Of a stretch of DNA of 64,000 nt, positions 13,289-26,065 are shown piece after piece. A program made the position numbers and the translations under genes. Location of the stretch: contig NW_005434618.1 of assembly GCF_000315625.1 (NCBI RefSeq), positions 382,155-446,154 of the forward strand. The letters run 5' to 3'. Source of the DNA: Guillardia theta CCMP2712. Taxonomy: Eukaryota; Protista; Cryptophyta. Under the pieces are notes generated by a model. It was not told the DNA's origin. It saw only the letters and a list, made by a program, of their open reading frames with translations, and made no database searches. The stretch's first letter is position 1. Every line of letters begins with the position of its first letter.

Positions 13289-15603
13289 TTAAAGTAAGCA
13301 ATGCTTCTGCTCCTCGTCACCCGCTGAGGAAACATGTGGAGGAAAAACGCGCAGAGCCAGAAAGACAGAAGTGAAGGATCCATGGGTAGTTGACCGACCT
13401 GACCACAACACGACAAGCTCAGTGTCGAGTGTTAGAGGTTTCTCTTTCAAGGCATCACCTGCTGCAAGAATCGTGACCAAACCTCCTGGGGGAGAAATTT
13501 CTGGAGAATCAAGCAGAAGGCCTGCAAGGTGAAGCTTGAAGGAGATTGTGAGGCTCTGCCCAGCATGGTCGAACAAGGCATACCGGAACAGCTCGTCCAG
13601 GCTCTTCTCGGTGAGCTTCTGCTGCTCCTCTTGCAGGGCGTTCAGCGAGACCCGCCGTCGGTCTCCACGCCTGAGCCATTCGTTCTCCTCCCTCTCCATC
13701 CACTCGCTGAACTGGTCAGGACGAGTGAAGGGGTTCAACAGCTCGTCCTTGTGGCCTGTTGCTTCCTCGTCTGCATCGTCTTCCAACCATCGCACCCTCG
13801 CTGTCAGGTACCCGTCACGGATCTCCTCCTCCTCCACTTGGAATCGCTTCGCCCCGTAGGCTGTCACCTCACACCTGCCGTCGTGGAGGTAATTGAAAGA
13901 CTCGATTTGCAGCAAGCATCCGTAGCCCCCCAGCCTGTCCGAGGAGGACGGAGGGCAGAGGCCGAAGCAGCTGCCGGACTCGATGCACCTTCGGATCATG
14001 ATCTTGTAGTGCGGCTCGAAGAACTGAAGATGATACTTCACCCCGGGGTATCCGAGGGCGCAGGAGAGGATCGGCACCCACGATGGTCCGACCGAAGGGG
14101 TAGGACTGATCGCCCCGCTGCTCGTGACCTTTTCCTGCATCTCGAGCTGTGAGCTCCGCTGCGCCATCAGGTCAGGGAACAACATGTTGAGGACGGAGTT
14201 CAAGCTGCGGGAGATGGGGCAGTAGCGCTGGTTGCTGACGAGATGCCCGTCCTTGCGATGTAGAGCAAGGTATCCGATGAGAGAAGAGCGGCAGAGGGGG
14301 CAAGTTGAGTTGTAGTCCAGGCTGCGTATAAGGCACACCCGACAGAACGTGTGGCCGCAAGGGGTTGTGGTCGGCTGACAGATGACATGGTAGCACAACT
14401 TGCACTCGAGATCGAAGTCGTCCGCTGCGAGGTTGACCAGATGACGTGTCATCTCGTTCTTGTCAGCATCACTGAGGGAAGGAATCCTCCAGCTCTCCTT
14501 GAGCTGGCCCTCGAATTGCTCGCCGAGCTCGCACTCGCTCGACAGCAAGCTGTGCAGGAGCTCAACAAGCTTGCCTCTTGCTGTCTTGACGTCCAGCTTT
14601 GTCGCCCGATGCCCCCCCGTCTCCCGCATGTTCTCACAAAGAACTGTGAGACTCAAGAGAAACGACCCAAAAGCTTCAGCATTCATGTCGAGACCGAGAA
14701 AGGCGAGAGCTCTGCAAGACAGTCAAAGGATTTCAATCCCATTCTTATCACAAAGTTTGAATGGACAAAGAACCATATCAATCATCGTAATTACACAACA
14801 CACACATGGTCAAATTCACCATGTCATGTGTTCTCCTACCTGCGAAAGTGACCTTTCCCCCAGTCCGGCATGAGAGCGACGGACATGTCAGCACTGGCAA
14901 GAGCCTCTGAGAATCGATGAGCGGACAGAAGCGCCTGTGCCTTGTTGCCATGCAGCACGTGATCATACGGGGACAGGGCGATAGCCTTGTCGTAGAGATC
15001 GACAGCTGCCTCGATGTCTTGACTCGCGAGCTTCAGGTTAGCTTCCTTCCTCAGCTTCCTCGCCTCTCCTCCCTGCGGGAACGCGAACTCATCGACGATC
15101 ATGCTGAGGGTGAGGTTTGGCTTTGACAGCATCTGCTTGGACGCTTGACATGCTCCTCCCTGCTCCTGCTGCCTATCTCGATGAAGCACAACGACTGTGG
15201 GCGCATCGCGACACGTCGGCCCGGGCAGGGGGCACTTGCCGATCTTGTTCCAACAGGCCTCGCACAAGGTGTGGCCGCAATGGAGGGCGTGAGGGTTCTC
15301 AAAGATGAGAAAACAGCAGTCGCATCGCAAGACCCGATTGATCGGCAGCTCCTGGCATGCTGCCTCCTCCTTGAGCACATGGCTGGCCAGCATCTTGCCG
15401 CGAGCAAGCACCCTAATGAATCCCTGCTCCTCGTCAGATCCAGGCATGTGCTCAGCTCCATAGAAGAGGCGCAGAGCTTCTCGCCACCCTTCTACTTCTT
15501 CCTGCTCTTGTTCAACCTTGTCAGCGATGTTGCGATGCAGGACTTGCTCGATCTCCTGCAACCGATGCAACCGATGCAGCCCGCAAGCTGTTTCTCGAAG
15601 CAT
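13289..15603 (-). CDS. LON peptidase N-terminal domain and RING finger protein (LONRF-like): RING, TPR, RING, LON-N
   Basis: RING1 CDCC...CGHTLCEAC...CP; TPR (AAVDLYDKAIALSP...KGHFRR); RING2 CKLC...TPCGHTFCRVC...CPLC; LON-N (YPG...LQFFEPHYKIMIRRC...GYGCLLQI...GAKRF...DGYLTARVRWLED). Ends approximate. Confidence 0.85.
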
Positions 15604-16005
15604 CGGGCTTCTTCTCACACTGCGGACTAGATCAGTTGGCAGCAAAGTTTACACTCCATGATCTTGCCCGACGAGCTGTCTCTCCAGTTCACTTCTCCTC
15701 TCCCCCTTTACGCTTTCTTGTTGACGTGATGCAAGTCTAATTCCTCTGCCAATCCTCTCGCCCTCCTCTCGCCCCTTTTCCCTCCTTCCCACCTCTTGTC
15801 CCCCTCCCCTCCTCCTCTCCTCCTCTCCCATCATGTGCTGTTTCATCATATTCTTCTCTCCTCCTCCTCCTGCTCCCTTCCCTTCCTTGTATATCGATAC
15901 AGTTTGTGAACTTTTCGGTCAAGTGGCTGTAGTTTTACTCAAATAGGAAATAAATTGGGACAGCAATAATTGAGCGAAATCCAAATAGGAAAGAAATCAT
16001 GCTAC

Positions 16006-16730
16006 ATGTTCTATTTCGATGCTCATGGGAGGAGACAGGCTCTTGTGGAGATGGCGCGTGGTGGAAGAGGCAGAGAGACCAGGGGAGAGGAGGGAGAGAG
16101 GGAGAGAGGGAGAGGAGGGAAGGAGAGGGAGGGAGGGAGGAGGAGGGAGGGAGGAGGGAGGAGGAGGAGACGGAGGAGGGAGGAGGGAGGGAGGGAGGAG
16201 GGAGAGGGAGGAATGCATAACGGATGGACGGTAGATGGAGTTCCGTGGGTTGGTGGGTAACCAGAGATGGAGAGGGGAGGGGAACTTCCCTTCGGAAAAC
16301 ACATGGTGAGCACGTGGACATGCGAGACAGCAGTGCAAGACAACGAGAAGAAAAGAAGAAAATTGATAGGTGGCATGGGACTCCTTATTGACATTTCTTG
16401 TCACAGAATGGTGTTTGACCTGCTGCGGAGGACGATGCTAACATATGGAAGGTTCGACTCACTTCGCCTCCCCCTCCTCCTTGCCCTGCTCTTGCCATGC
16501 AACCCCACCCCCCTCGGCGGTCTTCCCTCGTGATTGACCTACCCTTCAGCGCGGAGGACGAGGTAGCAACGCTGGAGCCACATCAGATCAAGGACGAGAC
16601 GGACAAGAACTTCTGCGACCTCTGCGTCAACCACATGGCCTTCGGAGTGGAGGGATGCCGGGCAGAGTTCTACACCAACGACAGGCTGAAGAAGTGCGGC
16701 ATCACCGTTGGCGACGACAAGTCCAAGTGA
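16006..16730 (+). CDS. Small multi-exon hypothetical protein with a Cys-containing C-terminal exon
   Basis: Last exon AEDEVATLEPHQIKDETDKNFCDLCVNHMAFGVEGCRAEFYTNDRLKKCG... has C/G-ending codons and a cttcag acceptor. Upstream exons are uncertain. Confidence 0.4.
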
Positions 16731-16827
16731 TGTGCCGGGTGACGAGATGCTTTCTGCTGTAGATGGCTAGTGTAACATACATTATCTCCTCCTTCATCCG
16801 TCTCCTTCTCCTGTTCCTCCTCGCTAC

Positions 16828-17329
16828 TCAAAGCGTGTACGTCATGATGGGCTCACTGTCTGCCCTCCTCGCCAACAAGAGCGCCTCCTCCTGCGGTGAC
16901 CTCATGAACAAGTCCGACTGCTGCAGGAGGTTCGGTACCGACTCGACCTTATGGACCCCCGACGACCCCTCTCCTCCCCCATCCATCGCCACCCTGTGCT
17001 CCTGTCCACCAAGGGGGAGGGCCCGGGCTGAGCTGCTGCTGGAAGCCTTGCTGGGATCGTGGGCTGGGGAGGGAGCATTGGCCGCCTCCTCCGTCACGAT
17101 CCTCGACTGCCACTCCTCCCTGGAGAGGGAGAGCTGGAGGGTGCTGCGGTACGCCTCGAACGCCTCCCTGTAGTGGTTGGTGCGTAGGTATTGGTCGCCA
17201 GGGCTCAGCAGCGCCCGCTTGACAGAGCTCTTGACATCCCCTGCCTCCGCTGCCTCCAACCTCAACGAAATCTCCTCGCTGACGGATACGCCAGAAGAGC
17301 TGTCAGCGTCCTCCTGCTCGCTGGCCCCG

Positions 17330-17362
<33 letters not shown>

Positions 17363-20021
17363 TCCTCCTCCTCCTCCTCCTCCTCCTCCTCCTTCTCTCT
17401 CGCTGTGTCCTCGTCGTCCTCTGAGGCTGGAGGCGTCCAGGTCGGCCGTTGAGCGACGCTGGGGAGAGTGACGGAGCTTCTTGTCTCGTCCTTCTTCATC
17501 GGTGACGTCACCCTGTCAGGGCCCTCGAGCACGCCTCGACGCTCGAGACGCTCGAGGGCAGCAAGAACTTTGTTGAAGCCCTCAGTGATGAGCGCACCGA
17601 CGTCCTCCTGCGCTCTCCTCTCCTCTCCGACGTTGGGCCTCCTCTCCATATGTTCCCAGGCCCCAAAGTAGGGACTAGCCGGGGTGCCCTCCCGCTTGCC
17701 GATCGAGCGCTGGCCCTCCTCCTGTAGGGAATGCCTGGAGTCCTGGAGCATCTGACGAGAGGCGATCAGACGAAGAGCCGAGGGAGGGAGGAGGCGCATG
17801 AGAGGTGGGAGAAGATGACGGGAAGTACACCCGACGCGTGAGGAAAGAGACAGCGAGCGCGAAGGCAAGCTGAAAGAGGACGGGAGGACGGGAGGGCGGG
17901 AGGACGGGAGGAGGAAACAGGGGCAGGAGAGGATCATGGGTGGAAGGAGGAGTTGGGACCCACCAGGACTTTCATGGCAAAGAGGATGCTCGAATCGTCG
18001 GAGTGGTTCTTGACCGAGTGCTGCATGCGCTGAGCGAGGAGCTTCTGCGCGTAGAGCGAAAGCTGCCACCTCATGGCAGCCTCGAAGGCGGAGCGGGACA
18101 TCTCCCCCTGGTCGTTGCAGAAGGACGAGTTGTGAGTGATGACGTCCCAGTCCTCGAGGCTGATCTGGATGACGGGCTGCAAGTTCAGCCCTGCCAGCCC
18201 GTCGCGGAGCTCCTCGAAGGTGAGGGTCCCGCTGCCGTCGATGTCGAGCTGGGAGAATACGAGCTCGATCTGGGAGGAGAGGTGGCTGGAGGAGGAAAAG
18301 TTGGCGAGGATGGCGAGTAGGGGGTCGAGCGGGCCTGCCACGCGGTAGTGCTCGATCGACTCCTCGCTGATGCGGTCCTGCTGCTCGAACCTGTCGATGG
18401 CGGAGAGGAACCCCTCGAGGATGACGGCGATGATGACGTTGAGGATGACGATGCCGATGAGGACGAGGAAGGAGACGAAGAAGATGGCCACCAGCGCGGA
18501 GTTGGCGCCCTGGTTCTGCAGAGGTCTGACCACGTCCGTCGACCAGCCGTCGAAGGTGGCGACCTGAAACATGGTGAAGGAAGCCTTGAGGAAGGTGCCG
18601 AACTGCGAGGGAGAGAGGTCGGCAAAGATGGAGGAACCGACAATGGCGTATATAGAGTTGACGACGAGGAAGAGGACGAGGGTGTTGAGGACGGAAACGA
18701 AGCTGATGGAGATTGCAAGAACGATCTTCTGTAGAGATCTCAGCCTGAGGTAGGTGAGAAAGTCAGACAAGTCAAGGGAGAATCGATCATCACTTGTTGA
18801 ACACCCGAACAATCTTGAAGACACGGAGCAATCGCAGGACGCTGATGTTGAAGTTTGATTTCGTATCAAATCTCAACAAGACGGAAGTGGTGATCGAAGA
18901 GAGGATGACGATGAAGTCGAAGATGTTCCAACCTGTTGAGGGTTGAGAGAATGCGGAACCAAGAGAGACGATACCCGAGGAGAAGAAAGGATAGAACCAG
19001 TGGATGAACATGTTCACTATGAGCTCGCACGTGTAGATCATTGTGAAGCAGTCATCCACCCAGTCAAACATGGCCCGTTCAGTTGTCCCAGGAGGTGATC
19101 GCAATTCAGCATCGACAGCATTGAACAAGAAGTTGACCACGAGCATAGCCCCCAGCAGGCCCTGGCAAGCCTCCGACAAATAAATCCTGTTCAGGTCAAG
19201 TGCAGCCAAGCAGAAGGATGTCACATTCACTAAGAGAGAAGGAATGGGCGACCTGCTCAGCTTCTGCCTCAATCTCTCCACCCGCGTCAGATGTCGACTC
19301 CTCTCGAAGTCTTTCACCGCCTGCCCCTTCGCCTGCAAGATCTTATCTATCCATCGTTGACATTCCTCTTCGCTCGACGCCCTCAGACAGACGTTGCTGC
19401 CGCCTCGTCACCCGAGCGCTCATCGCGTGTCCCTGCTCCTCCCTCACCGGTTCGAAGAATGCTCCAAGATACGGAAGGCGTGATTCCATTCCAGCTGCGA
19501 CACGTCTCGCTCGCTCGCCTCCATCGCCGTGAGACTGTTGGAACTGCCGGTGTGCCGTCGCAACAAGTTGCTGCCTCCGCCGAACATCACGGCCTCGTTG
19601 CTGGAGATGCGCGACACCTGATACAGCATGACACAGATCTGAGACAGGCGATGTGAACACCTCAAAGATGTCGAGCAGTCGAATTCGATCTCGAATGTGA
19701 CTTGAGTCGTCAAGCGCTATCATCAGGTACTTGTCGGTGAGGTACACGTGCCTCGAAGACCAATAGATTCTCTTGGATACGATTCGCTTCTCCACCGCCC
19801 CATGCATGACGATCTACATCGCACGACGGTGTGAGGTGAAGGCACGTCCGGCATTCCCTCACCTCCTCCTCCCTCGGCTTGTCCCATATCACCATCCCAC
19901 TGTCGTTCTGCATTTCGATGAACTCAGGCATCTTTTGCTGAGCCGGCGCTTGATGAGACCCGGGAGACCTGGGTCCGTGTTGATGAAGCAGGTTGTGAAC
20001 TTTACCAGCTGCCGTGATCAT
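16828..20021 (-). CDS. Single-domain (6TM) voltage-gated cation channel with PH-like N-terminal region and C-terminal EF-hand
   Basis: S2 FTMIYTCEL, S3 WNIFDFIVI, S4 LRLLRVFKIVRVFNK, pore FTMFQVATFDGWSTDVVRPL, S6 LNVIIAVIL, EF-hand loop DIDGSGTLTFEE. N-terminal HGAVEKR...WSSRHVYLTDKYL...DRIRLLDI is PH-like. Confidence 0.8.
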
Positions 20022-20784
20022 CCCTGATGAAACAGGAGAGGTCATCCAGAGCGCCAGTCAAACTTCTACTTCTGGCTTTACTGCCATCCACTGCTCTAAT
20101 AAGATATACCTGACCTGCCCTAATGCCACTACGGGTCTGGTTCCAAGTTCAGACTGGAGAGGTTGCTACTTCTCCTTGATTCCGCAACGCAGCTATGTTA
20201 CATAACCTCGCCTGGCGTCAAATTTTGAAACCACCTCGCTTCCTCTCACTCCCCTCACTCTCAAGAAATCTATCAAGAGCCTGCTCTAACAGACTGGCTC
20301 TGACTGATGTTGTGATGCGAAGCCTCGTCCGTTCCGAGGTGGTACGCATACCCCTTATGTTCTCCAAGAGTTGTTAGAGCTGTGTGGGAGTACGGGGACC
20401 AAAACATGGAGGGCCGCCGGCTAACCTGGACCTTCATCCGGCAACACCCGCTCATGCAACATGGATGGCAGCTGAGGTTGTTCCGATCAGGGGAAGGAAC
20501 CCCTCTCCTCTCTCTCTCTCTCCATGTCTATCTGTCTCTCTCCTCCCTTGCTCCCTGTTCTGGAAGGCGTTGTACGTTCTCGACATTAAAAAGCGCGTGT
20601 CAACATAGTGGATTCGGGTGGGGTGTCGGGTCATTGGCATGGGGTAGGAGGGTGGTGAATAGTACCACAGATATTTGAAATCAAGGGGTAGGGTGAACAA
20701 GGGGGTGGTTTAAGTTGCTTAGGAATGATGGGGGTCACGAATTTGATTTGTAAACATGGGGACAAATGAATCAGCGAAGACTCT

Positions 20785-20900
20785 TGAAGAGAAGAAGAGA
20801 AGAAGAGAAGAAGAGAAGGAGTGAAGAAGAGAAGAAGAGAAGGAGTCAAGAAGAGAAGAAGAGAAGAAGAGAAGAAGAGAAGAGGAGAAGAAGAGAAGAG
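20785..20900. repeat. GA-rich low-complexity tandem repeat (gaagagaaga variants)
   Basis: Direct reading of the sequence. Confidence 0.85.
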
Positions 20901-21764
20901 GCAGGATGTATAGTCAATGCCCAGGCGAGTCCAGACAAGGCTCATCAAGGCAAGGGATGTAAAATAAGGAATGAGAGAAAGGATTGTGTTAAAGCATAGG
21001 TAAGAACTTGAAACAAGCATGCAACGCGAAGAATATTCGCATCTATTGAGGTACGACGAGGGGATATTGATCAGAGTATCGAGGCAGGGCCAGGCAGATG
21101 AATTCAAGCGTGAAGAGATCGAGAACATCTGACCAGAAAGTAAAAGTACGAGAAAAGGAAGTGAGAGACCGAGTCGTCGGACGCTAATGATGCTGTCTCA
21201 GTGGTATAAAGTGAGAGACCGTGTGGTCGGACGTTGATCATGCCGTCTTAGCGACATCACTGACATGTGCTCTCTACGTGCTCGCTCTACAAGCCTCCTT
21301 CTCGGATGTGATGTGGTGTGGTGTGATGTGATGAGATGAGAGAAAGAGACAGGAGGCGCGTTCTAGAACATCACTACGTCTCTACCCCACGTATCATGGC
21401 TGAGGATGCTCTCGCTCCCTGAAGTGTAGTTGGATCAGGTGACGAAGACCATCACATCTCAGAAGGATGGATCTCCCAGTGAACAGATCACTCTAAAACG
21501 AGCAAACAGACCCGAAGATCAACCTTATTTGCACAACGATCGATTAACATTGACACACATCCATATACACCAAAGCTGTGACATTCAATCTAGTACAACA
21601 AATTCAAGTGCAGCATCTACAATGCTAAATTAACGAATACACCATGTCTAGCGAGTCAACTTGTATCAAATCGTTATTGCAAAAGCCTACTTCAGGCAAG
21701 ATTAATCAAGGATTCCACACAAAAATCGACAACAATCCAAGTTTCAAATTTATTAAGATTACAT

Positions 21765-21935
21765 TTACTCGTAGAGAGACTTGGTGTAGGTGGCGGTGGC
21801 AGCTACGTAGGCATCACGGGCAGCCTTGTAGGGGCCAGTGGCGAGCTTGAGCTCGTTGGCGGCCTTGAGGTAGGCGTCGCGGGTGGCGCGGTAGGTGGTG
21901 GCGTAATCCTCGAGGTCGAAGAGAAGGGAGAACAT
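21765..21935 (-). CDS. 56-aa Tyr/Ala-rich peptide, copy 1 (MFSLLFDLEDYATTYRATRDAYLKAANELKLATGPYKAARDAYVAATATYTKSLYE)
   Basis: 171-nt ATG-TAA ORF, 47/56 codons ending in C or G, AATAAA 10 nt after the stop. Below the ORF-track length cutoff. Confidence 0.7.
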   Translation of the reverse strand: MFSLLFDLEDYATTYRATRDAYLKAANELKLATGPYKAARDAYVAATATYTKSLYE

Positions 21936-22441
21936 CTCAGTGTGAGCTCTCCCTCCCGCTCCTCCTCCTTTATCCCCTCCCGCTCCCTCCTGCTCTATTT
22001 CCGGCCTTGCCTAGCGCCAAGACACCCTGTGCCACAAGATGCTTCTTATGAGCGAGGACGCCGAGGCGAACCTGCCAGACATGCCTCCGGCGTCTGACTG
22101 GGCCCTGCGGGTTTTCAGATCGAACACACCTCTAGTGGTGGGGCTCTGCTGGGCGTGGAGGTGACGATCTGACAGCTGAGGCAGGCGATCCCACCCGAAA
22201 TAGATCTGGAAGACCACACGTACGGGTGGAGACCCTGCTAAAAGGAGGGGTGCATCGACTGTATAATGAAGCACGGGGAGGAAAAGCTGGAGCAGGAGGG
22301 GGTGGGGTGTGAGTATCACCCGGTGGTATACGAGGAGGAGCGGGGGAGTCTGCCGGGTGGGGGTAGGCAAGGCCGGAAATAGAGCAGGAGGGAGCGGGAG
22401 GGAATAAAGGAGGAGGAGCGGGAGGGAGAGCTCACACTGAG

Positions 22442-22612
22442 ATGTTCTCCCTTCTCTTCGACCTCGAGGATTACGCCACCACCTACCGCGCCACCCGCGA
22501 CGCCTACCTCAAGGCCGCCAACGAGCTCAAGCTCGCCACTGGCCCCTACAAGGCTGCCCGTGATGCCTACGTAGCTGCCACCGCCACCTACACCAAGTCT
22601 CTCTACGAGTAA
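22442..22612 (+). CDS. 56-aa Tyr/Ala-rich peptide, copy 2
   Basis: Reverse complement of copy 1. TATA-like aataaa ~35-40 nt upstream and AATAAA just downstream. Confidence 0.7.
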   Translation: MFSLLFDLEDYATTYRATRDAYLKAANELKLATGPYKAARDAYVAATATYTKSLYE

Positions 22613-22628
22613 ATGTAATCTTAATAAA

Positions 22629-23660
22629 CTATTCTTTCAAATTACTTGTTCTTGTGTTCAATTTTTCCTCTTCAACTGTACTTGGATGGATGAATGTTTG
22701 ATGTGAAAGTGATGTCAAAGAAACGGTAAGACTCGTGTCTCGTGATATATCATTCTGTGATATCGTGTGTAGATCGTGCTGCAGTTGCTTGATGGTGTTT
22801 TCATTTTCGTATGGCAAGTTTTTGTGGTTGTTCATGTCTTTCTCTGCTTTTACTGGGGTTTGCATCACGAAACTCGATCTCATGGTGAGCTGGGAGCGGG
22901 ACGTTGAAGCTTTTATATGCTTTCAGTTGATCAAGTTCAAGGGAAACAGTCCCGAAGAGGAAAATCTACAGCTTCAGACGGCTTTACGTCCCCTCCTTCT
23001 CTCGCTCCGTTCGATAATGCGGCGACCAACTGCTTCCATGGAGACTGATTGCCATCATGGTGTGAGCAACACGCTCGGCGAAAAGTATGATAAGGAGAAG
23101 CACTACATCATGGGAGTCGAAGGTCCTGAGAATCCACCTTGGGACACTCAACTGAGCTCAGAAACTTGTGACAGTCCGGGGACATCCCTCAACTTGAAGC
23201 CGCTGATGTTGATATGAGTTGGAAGCTCACCCGGGCCAGCTCGAGTCAAGGATCGGAGATTGGCGCAACGAGCACAGCATCGAGCGACTTGTTTGGTACT
23301 TGTGATCATGATAATTGAAGCCACATGGGATTCCGACGCTCGAGTAAATGTTCCAAACCGTTGCTTGAGAGCTACATGATTGCCCCCAGATACTCAGCAA
23401 GTCATCTGTCTCCTTCACCCACTGCAGGTTGACATTAGCTTCATACGATATCACTGTTCCGTTCCCAAGTTCTTGAAGTCGATAGCATTGCGTACTTGTT
23501 TGCTTGGCAAGCTCGTCGCTGAAAGCGGCTTGCAAACGTTGCTCGAAAGCTTGCCTCCTACGCGCTGACCCTGCTGCCTCTGGCCTCAAACAAGGCGGGA
23601 GTCGACCTTCGGGGACCAGTACCGGTGGTGGTAAAGCAGGGAAAACTAGGGGTGGGCATA
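22629..23660 (-). CDS. Hypothetical multi-exon protein
   Basis: ORF segments 23227-23589 and 22629-22883 with gtgag donors. No recognisable domain. Confidence 0.35.
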
Positions 23661-23823
23661 TAAAAAATGTTTGCAGACGGGATAGGATTTAGGGAGGAGC
23701 ACCTTGCAGAGAGGGAGACAGCTTTGTGATGAAAGAGAAGGTCGGAGAGGCATCAGAAGGATAGTGAGATGATTGGCAGGCAACAAGAACGCTTTCTGAT
23801 GCGAGGAGGGTGGTGAAGAGAGC

Positions 23824-25582
23824 ATGAAACGATCGCTTGGTCGTTGGGAGCTCCTGGGATGGCTCAACGACTTTCTGAGTCTTGACTACTCAAAGGTGTG
23901 AGAGCGAATTCAAGCTTTGAGCGGCTGAATCCCATGCAGGTTGAAGATTGTGCAGACGGCATCGCCTACTGTCAGATATTCGACGCCATCTATCCTGGGA
24001 AAGTGCCGCTGCACAAGCTAAATTTTCAAGCCAAGACGCAGGATGAGAAGCTGAAAAATCTTCGTGTATGTTGTGTCACGTTTCGCAAACCTAGCTTGAC
24101 ACCCTCCCGGAAGATTCTCGAGAAAGCAACGAGAGAGTCTGGAGTGCTGAGGCCAGTCCAAGTCGAGAAGATTGCAAGCGGCTCCTTCCCTGAGAACCTT
24201 GCGTGCGAGAGAGATGCACAAACAAGAAGGTGCTCTAGTCACTAGTTGCGCAGGTTCTTGCAGTACTGTCATGGTCTCGTGCAAAAGAATTGTCCTGGCG
24301 CTCATCTGCAGTACAACGCGTATCGCCGTCGCATGGAAGCCCTAGAGAAAGGTGCTTCCCCTGCCTTGATGGTGTAGCCGAGACGAGTTGCTTCAGGTGG
24401 GCACAGGGCGGAGACGAGGGCTCATCCCATGTACAAGGAATACCGGGAGAAAGGATGGCGCGGGCTCGGTGGTGGCATCGATGCCTCGACCTCTGGCAGC
24501 ACTGACGCCATGCCGGAGCGATTGTATTCCTCCTCACTTCAACATTCAACAAAACGCGATGACCTGGCGCCTCTGGATTTCATGCAGGAAGCTCAAAGAT
24601 TCTCTCCTGGTCTGTTGTTTGGACGATCTCACGTCCGAAGAGAATGACTTGACTTCGTTTCAACAGATGGACAAGATCACAGGCCCATACGGCAGAGGCA
24701 GAAGACGTCGAGCAAATCTCGGTCGGTTGCGGGAGGTCTACAGGGCGAGGACTGGCTCTCCGGCAAAAATCTCGTGGCCAGCACACAACGAGGGCATGAA
24801 ACCGGTGTCCGACATTCCAGTTTTCGTCCGCCGCCAGAAAAAGTGACAACAGTTGCATCTCTGATGGTACCGCTGACCTGCTCGCCCAACAGCACGCCAA
24901 TGAGATCTTGTTCACGTCATCGGGGAGGTTACTCCGAGAGCTGCAACCGCAGAGATACTCCGGACTCGTGGAGAGCGAGAGTGACGAGGACTCTCAGGAC
25001 AGACATGGAGAGATGGAGATCAAGGCTTCCTCCCCACTGATCTTTGATGACCCCGACATCGATGATCTTTTACAGCATCAAGTAGACCCGCGTACGTCAG
25101 AGAGCGCGCGAATGAAATCGCACCAGGATGTTTCACAGAGAGAGGACCATTTCATGCAGGAGAAGATCGAGAAGCTCCTATCAATGATGCAGCAGGATCT
25201 GACTTCGCGCTTGATGTCGCAGGCTGCAAAACGGGTAAGTGTTTCGGTCTCAATGTGCACGACAACATTCTACGTCATGAACTCCTTCCCGCTTTCCATT
25301 TCATCACATGCTTCTCTTTCTTTGACAGCGGGAAAATGCCCTTGACATTCGAGTGCAGGAGAAGATCAGGCAGCTGCAAGAAGAAAGAGACTTTTACTTG
25401 GACAAGCTAGAAAGGATTTCGCGGTTGTGCCAGCAGTTCCCGAGGTTCGCTTTGATGTGCTCTCCTTCTGAATCTCTTGTCTGATAGTAGCGGCTGACCA
25501 AGGATGTTCGCGCAGCTCGCTGACTTCAAGTCAGATCGATCGGGTTATCTCAGCTGACTTGTCATGTTTTCACAAAGTCTAA
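23824..25582 (+). CDS. EB1/MAPRE-like microtubule plus-end protein (CH domain plus EBH motif), multi-exon
   Basis: MKRSLGRWELLGWLNDFLSLDYSK/VEDCADGIAYCQIFDAIYPGKVPLHKLNF at the N-terminus; EERDFYLDKLERI near the C-terminus. Confidence 0.75.
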
Positions 25583-26065
25583 TCCAGCGCCCGGGGCCTC
25601 CTGTCACGAGTTTTGATGGTCAAGTTGATAAACTAAATTTAACTTTGAGTAAACGGGTTCCGGGAACTTGAAGTTAGTTCACTGCCGGGCGGCTGGGCCG
25701 GGCGGCGGCGGGCGGTCCCACCGCCGTCTCCGCCCCGGCCCGGTCACGGTGGCCGGGCAGTGACGGGGTCGGACTCACTACTAGGCTAACGGGACGGTCA
25801 CCGGGCGGCCCCACTCAGGCCACTGCGGCCGGGGGCCAGCGGCGGCTCAGTGTGGCCGGGCCCCTGACAGTGGCAACACGCCGGTGCGGTTCAGCCGAAC
25901 TTCTGTGACGCCCGGCCGGTTTCCGACCGGGTTCAAGGCCGGGCCTTTTATTTTAGGCCTCTCACTTGAACTTGACCCGGCCCGAGTCCACTTCGCTGTT
26001 TTTTTTTTTCCCGCCTTGAATACCGGCCCGTGTAAAAGCTGGAAAAAAGACAAGAATGGGGGCCA

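Larger units (their letters stand above)
21748..22628. repeat. Long inverted repeat (~265-bp arms, ~350-bp spacer) formed by peptide copies 1 and 2
   Basis: 21748-22013 is the near-perfect reverse complement of 22364-22628. Confidence 0.95.

Noticed and set aside
12436-13292. Possible plus-strand gene divergent from the LRGG gene
   Set aside because: Coding-like segments exist but I could not resolve a frame across the 51-bp duplication.
20200-21300. Possible small plus-strand gene
   Set aside because: Short ORFs interleaved with simple repeats and no supporting motif.
22442-22612. Naming the peptide as a Reb/Tri ejectisome ribbon protein
   Set aside because: It lacks the VNxQITDxV-type Reb motif I would expect; it cannot be assigned without a search.
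21748-22628. MITE/foldback interpretation of the inverted repeats
   Set aside because: No target-site duplication seen, and the arms coincide with promoter, ORF and poly(A) signal with strong codon bias. Disfavoured, not excluded.
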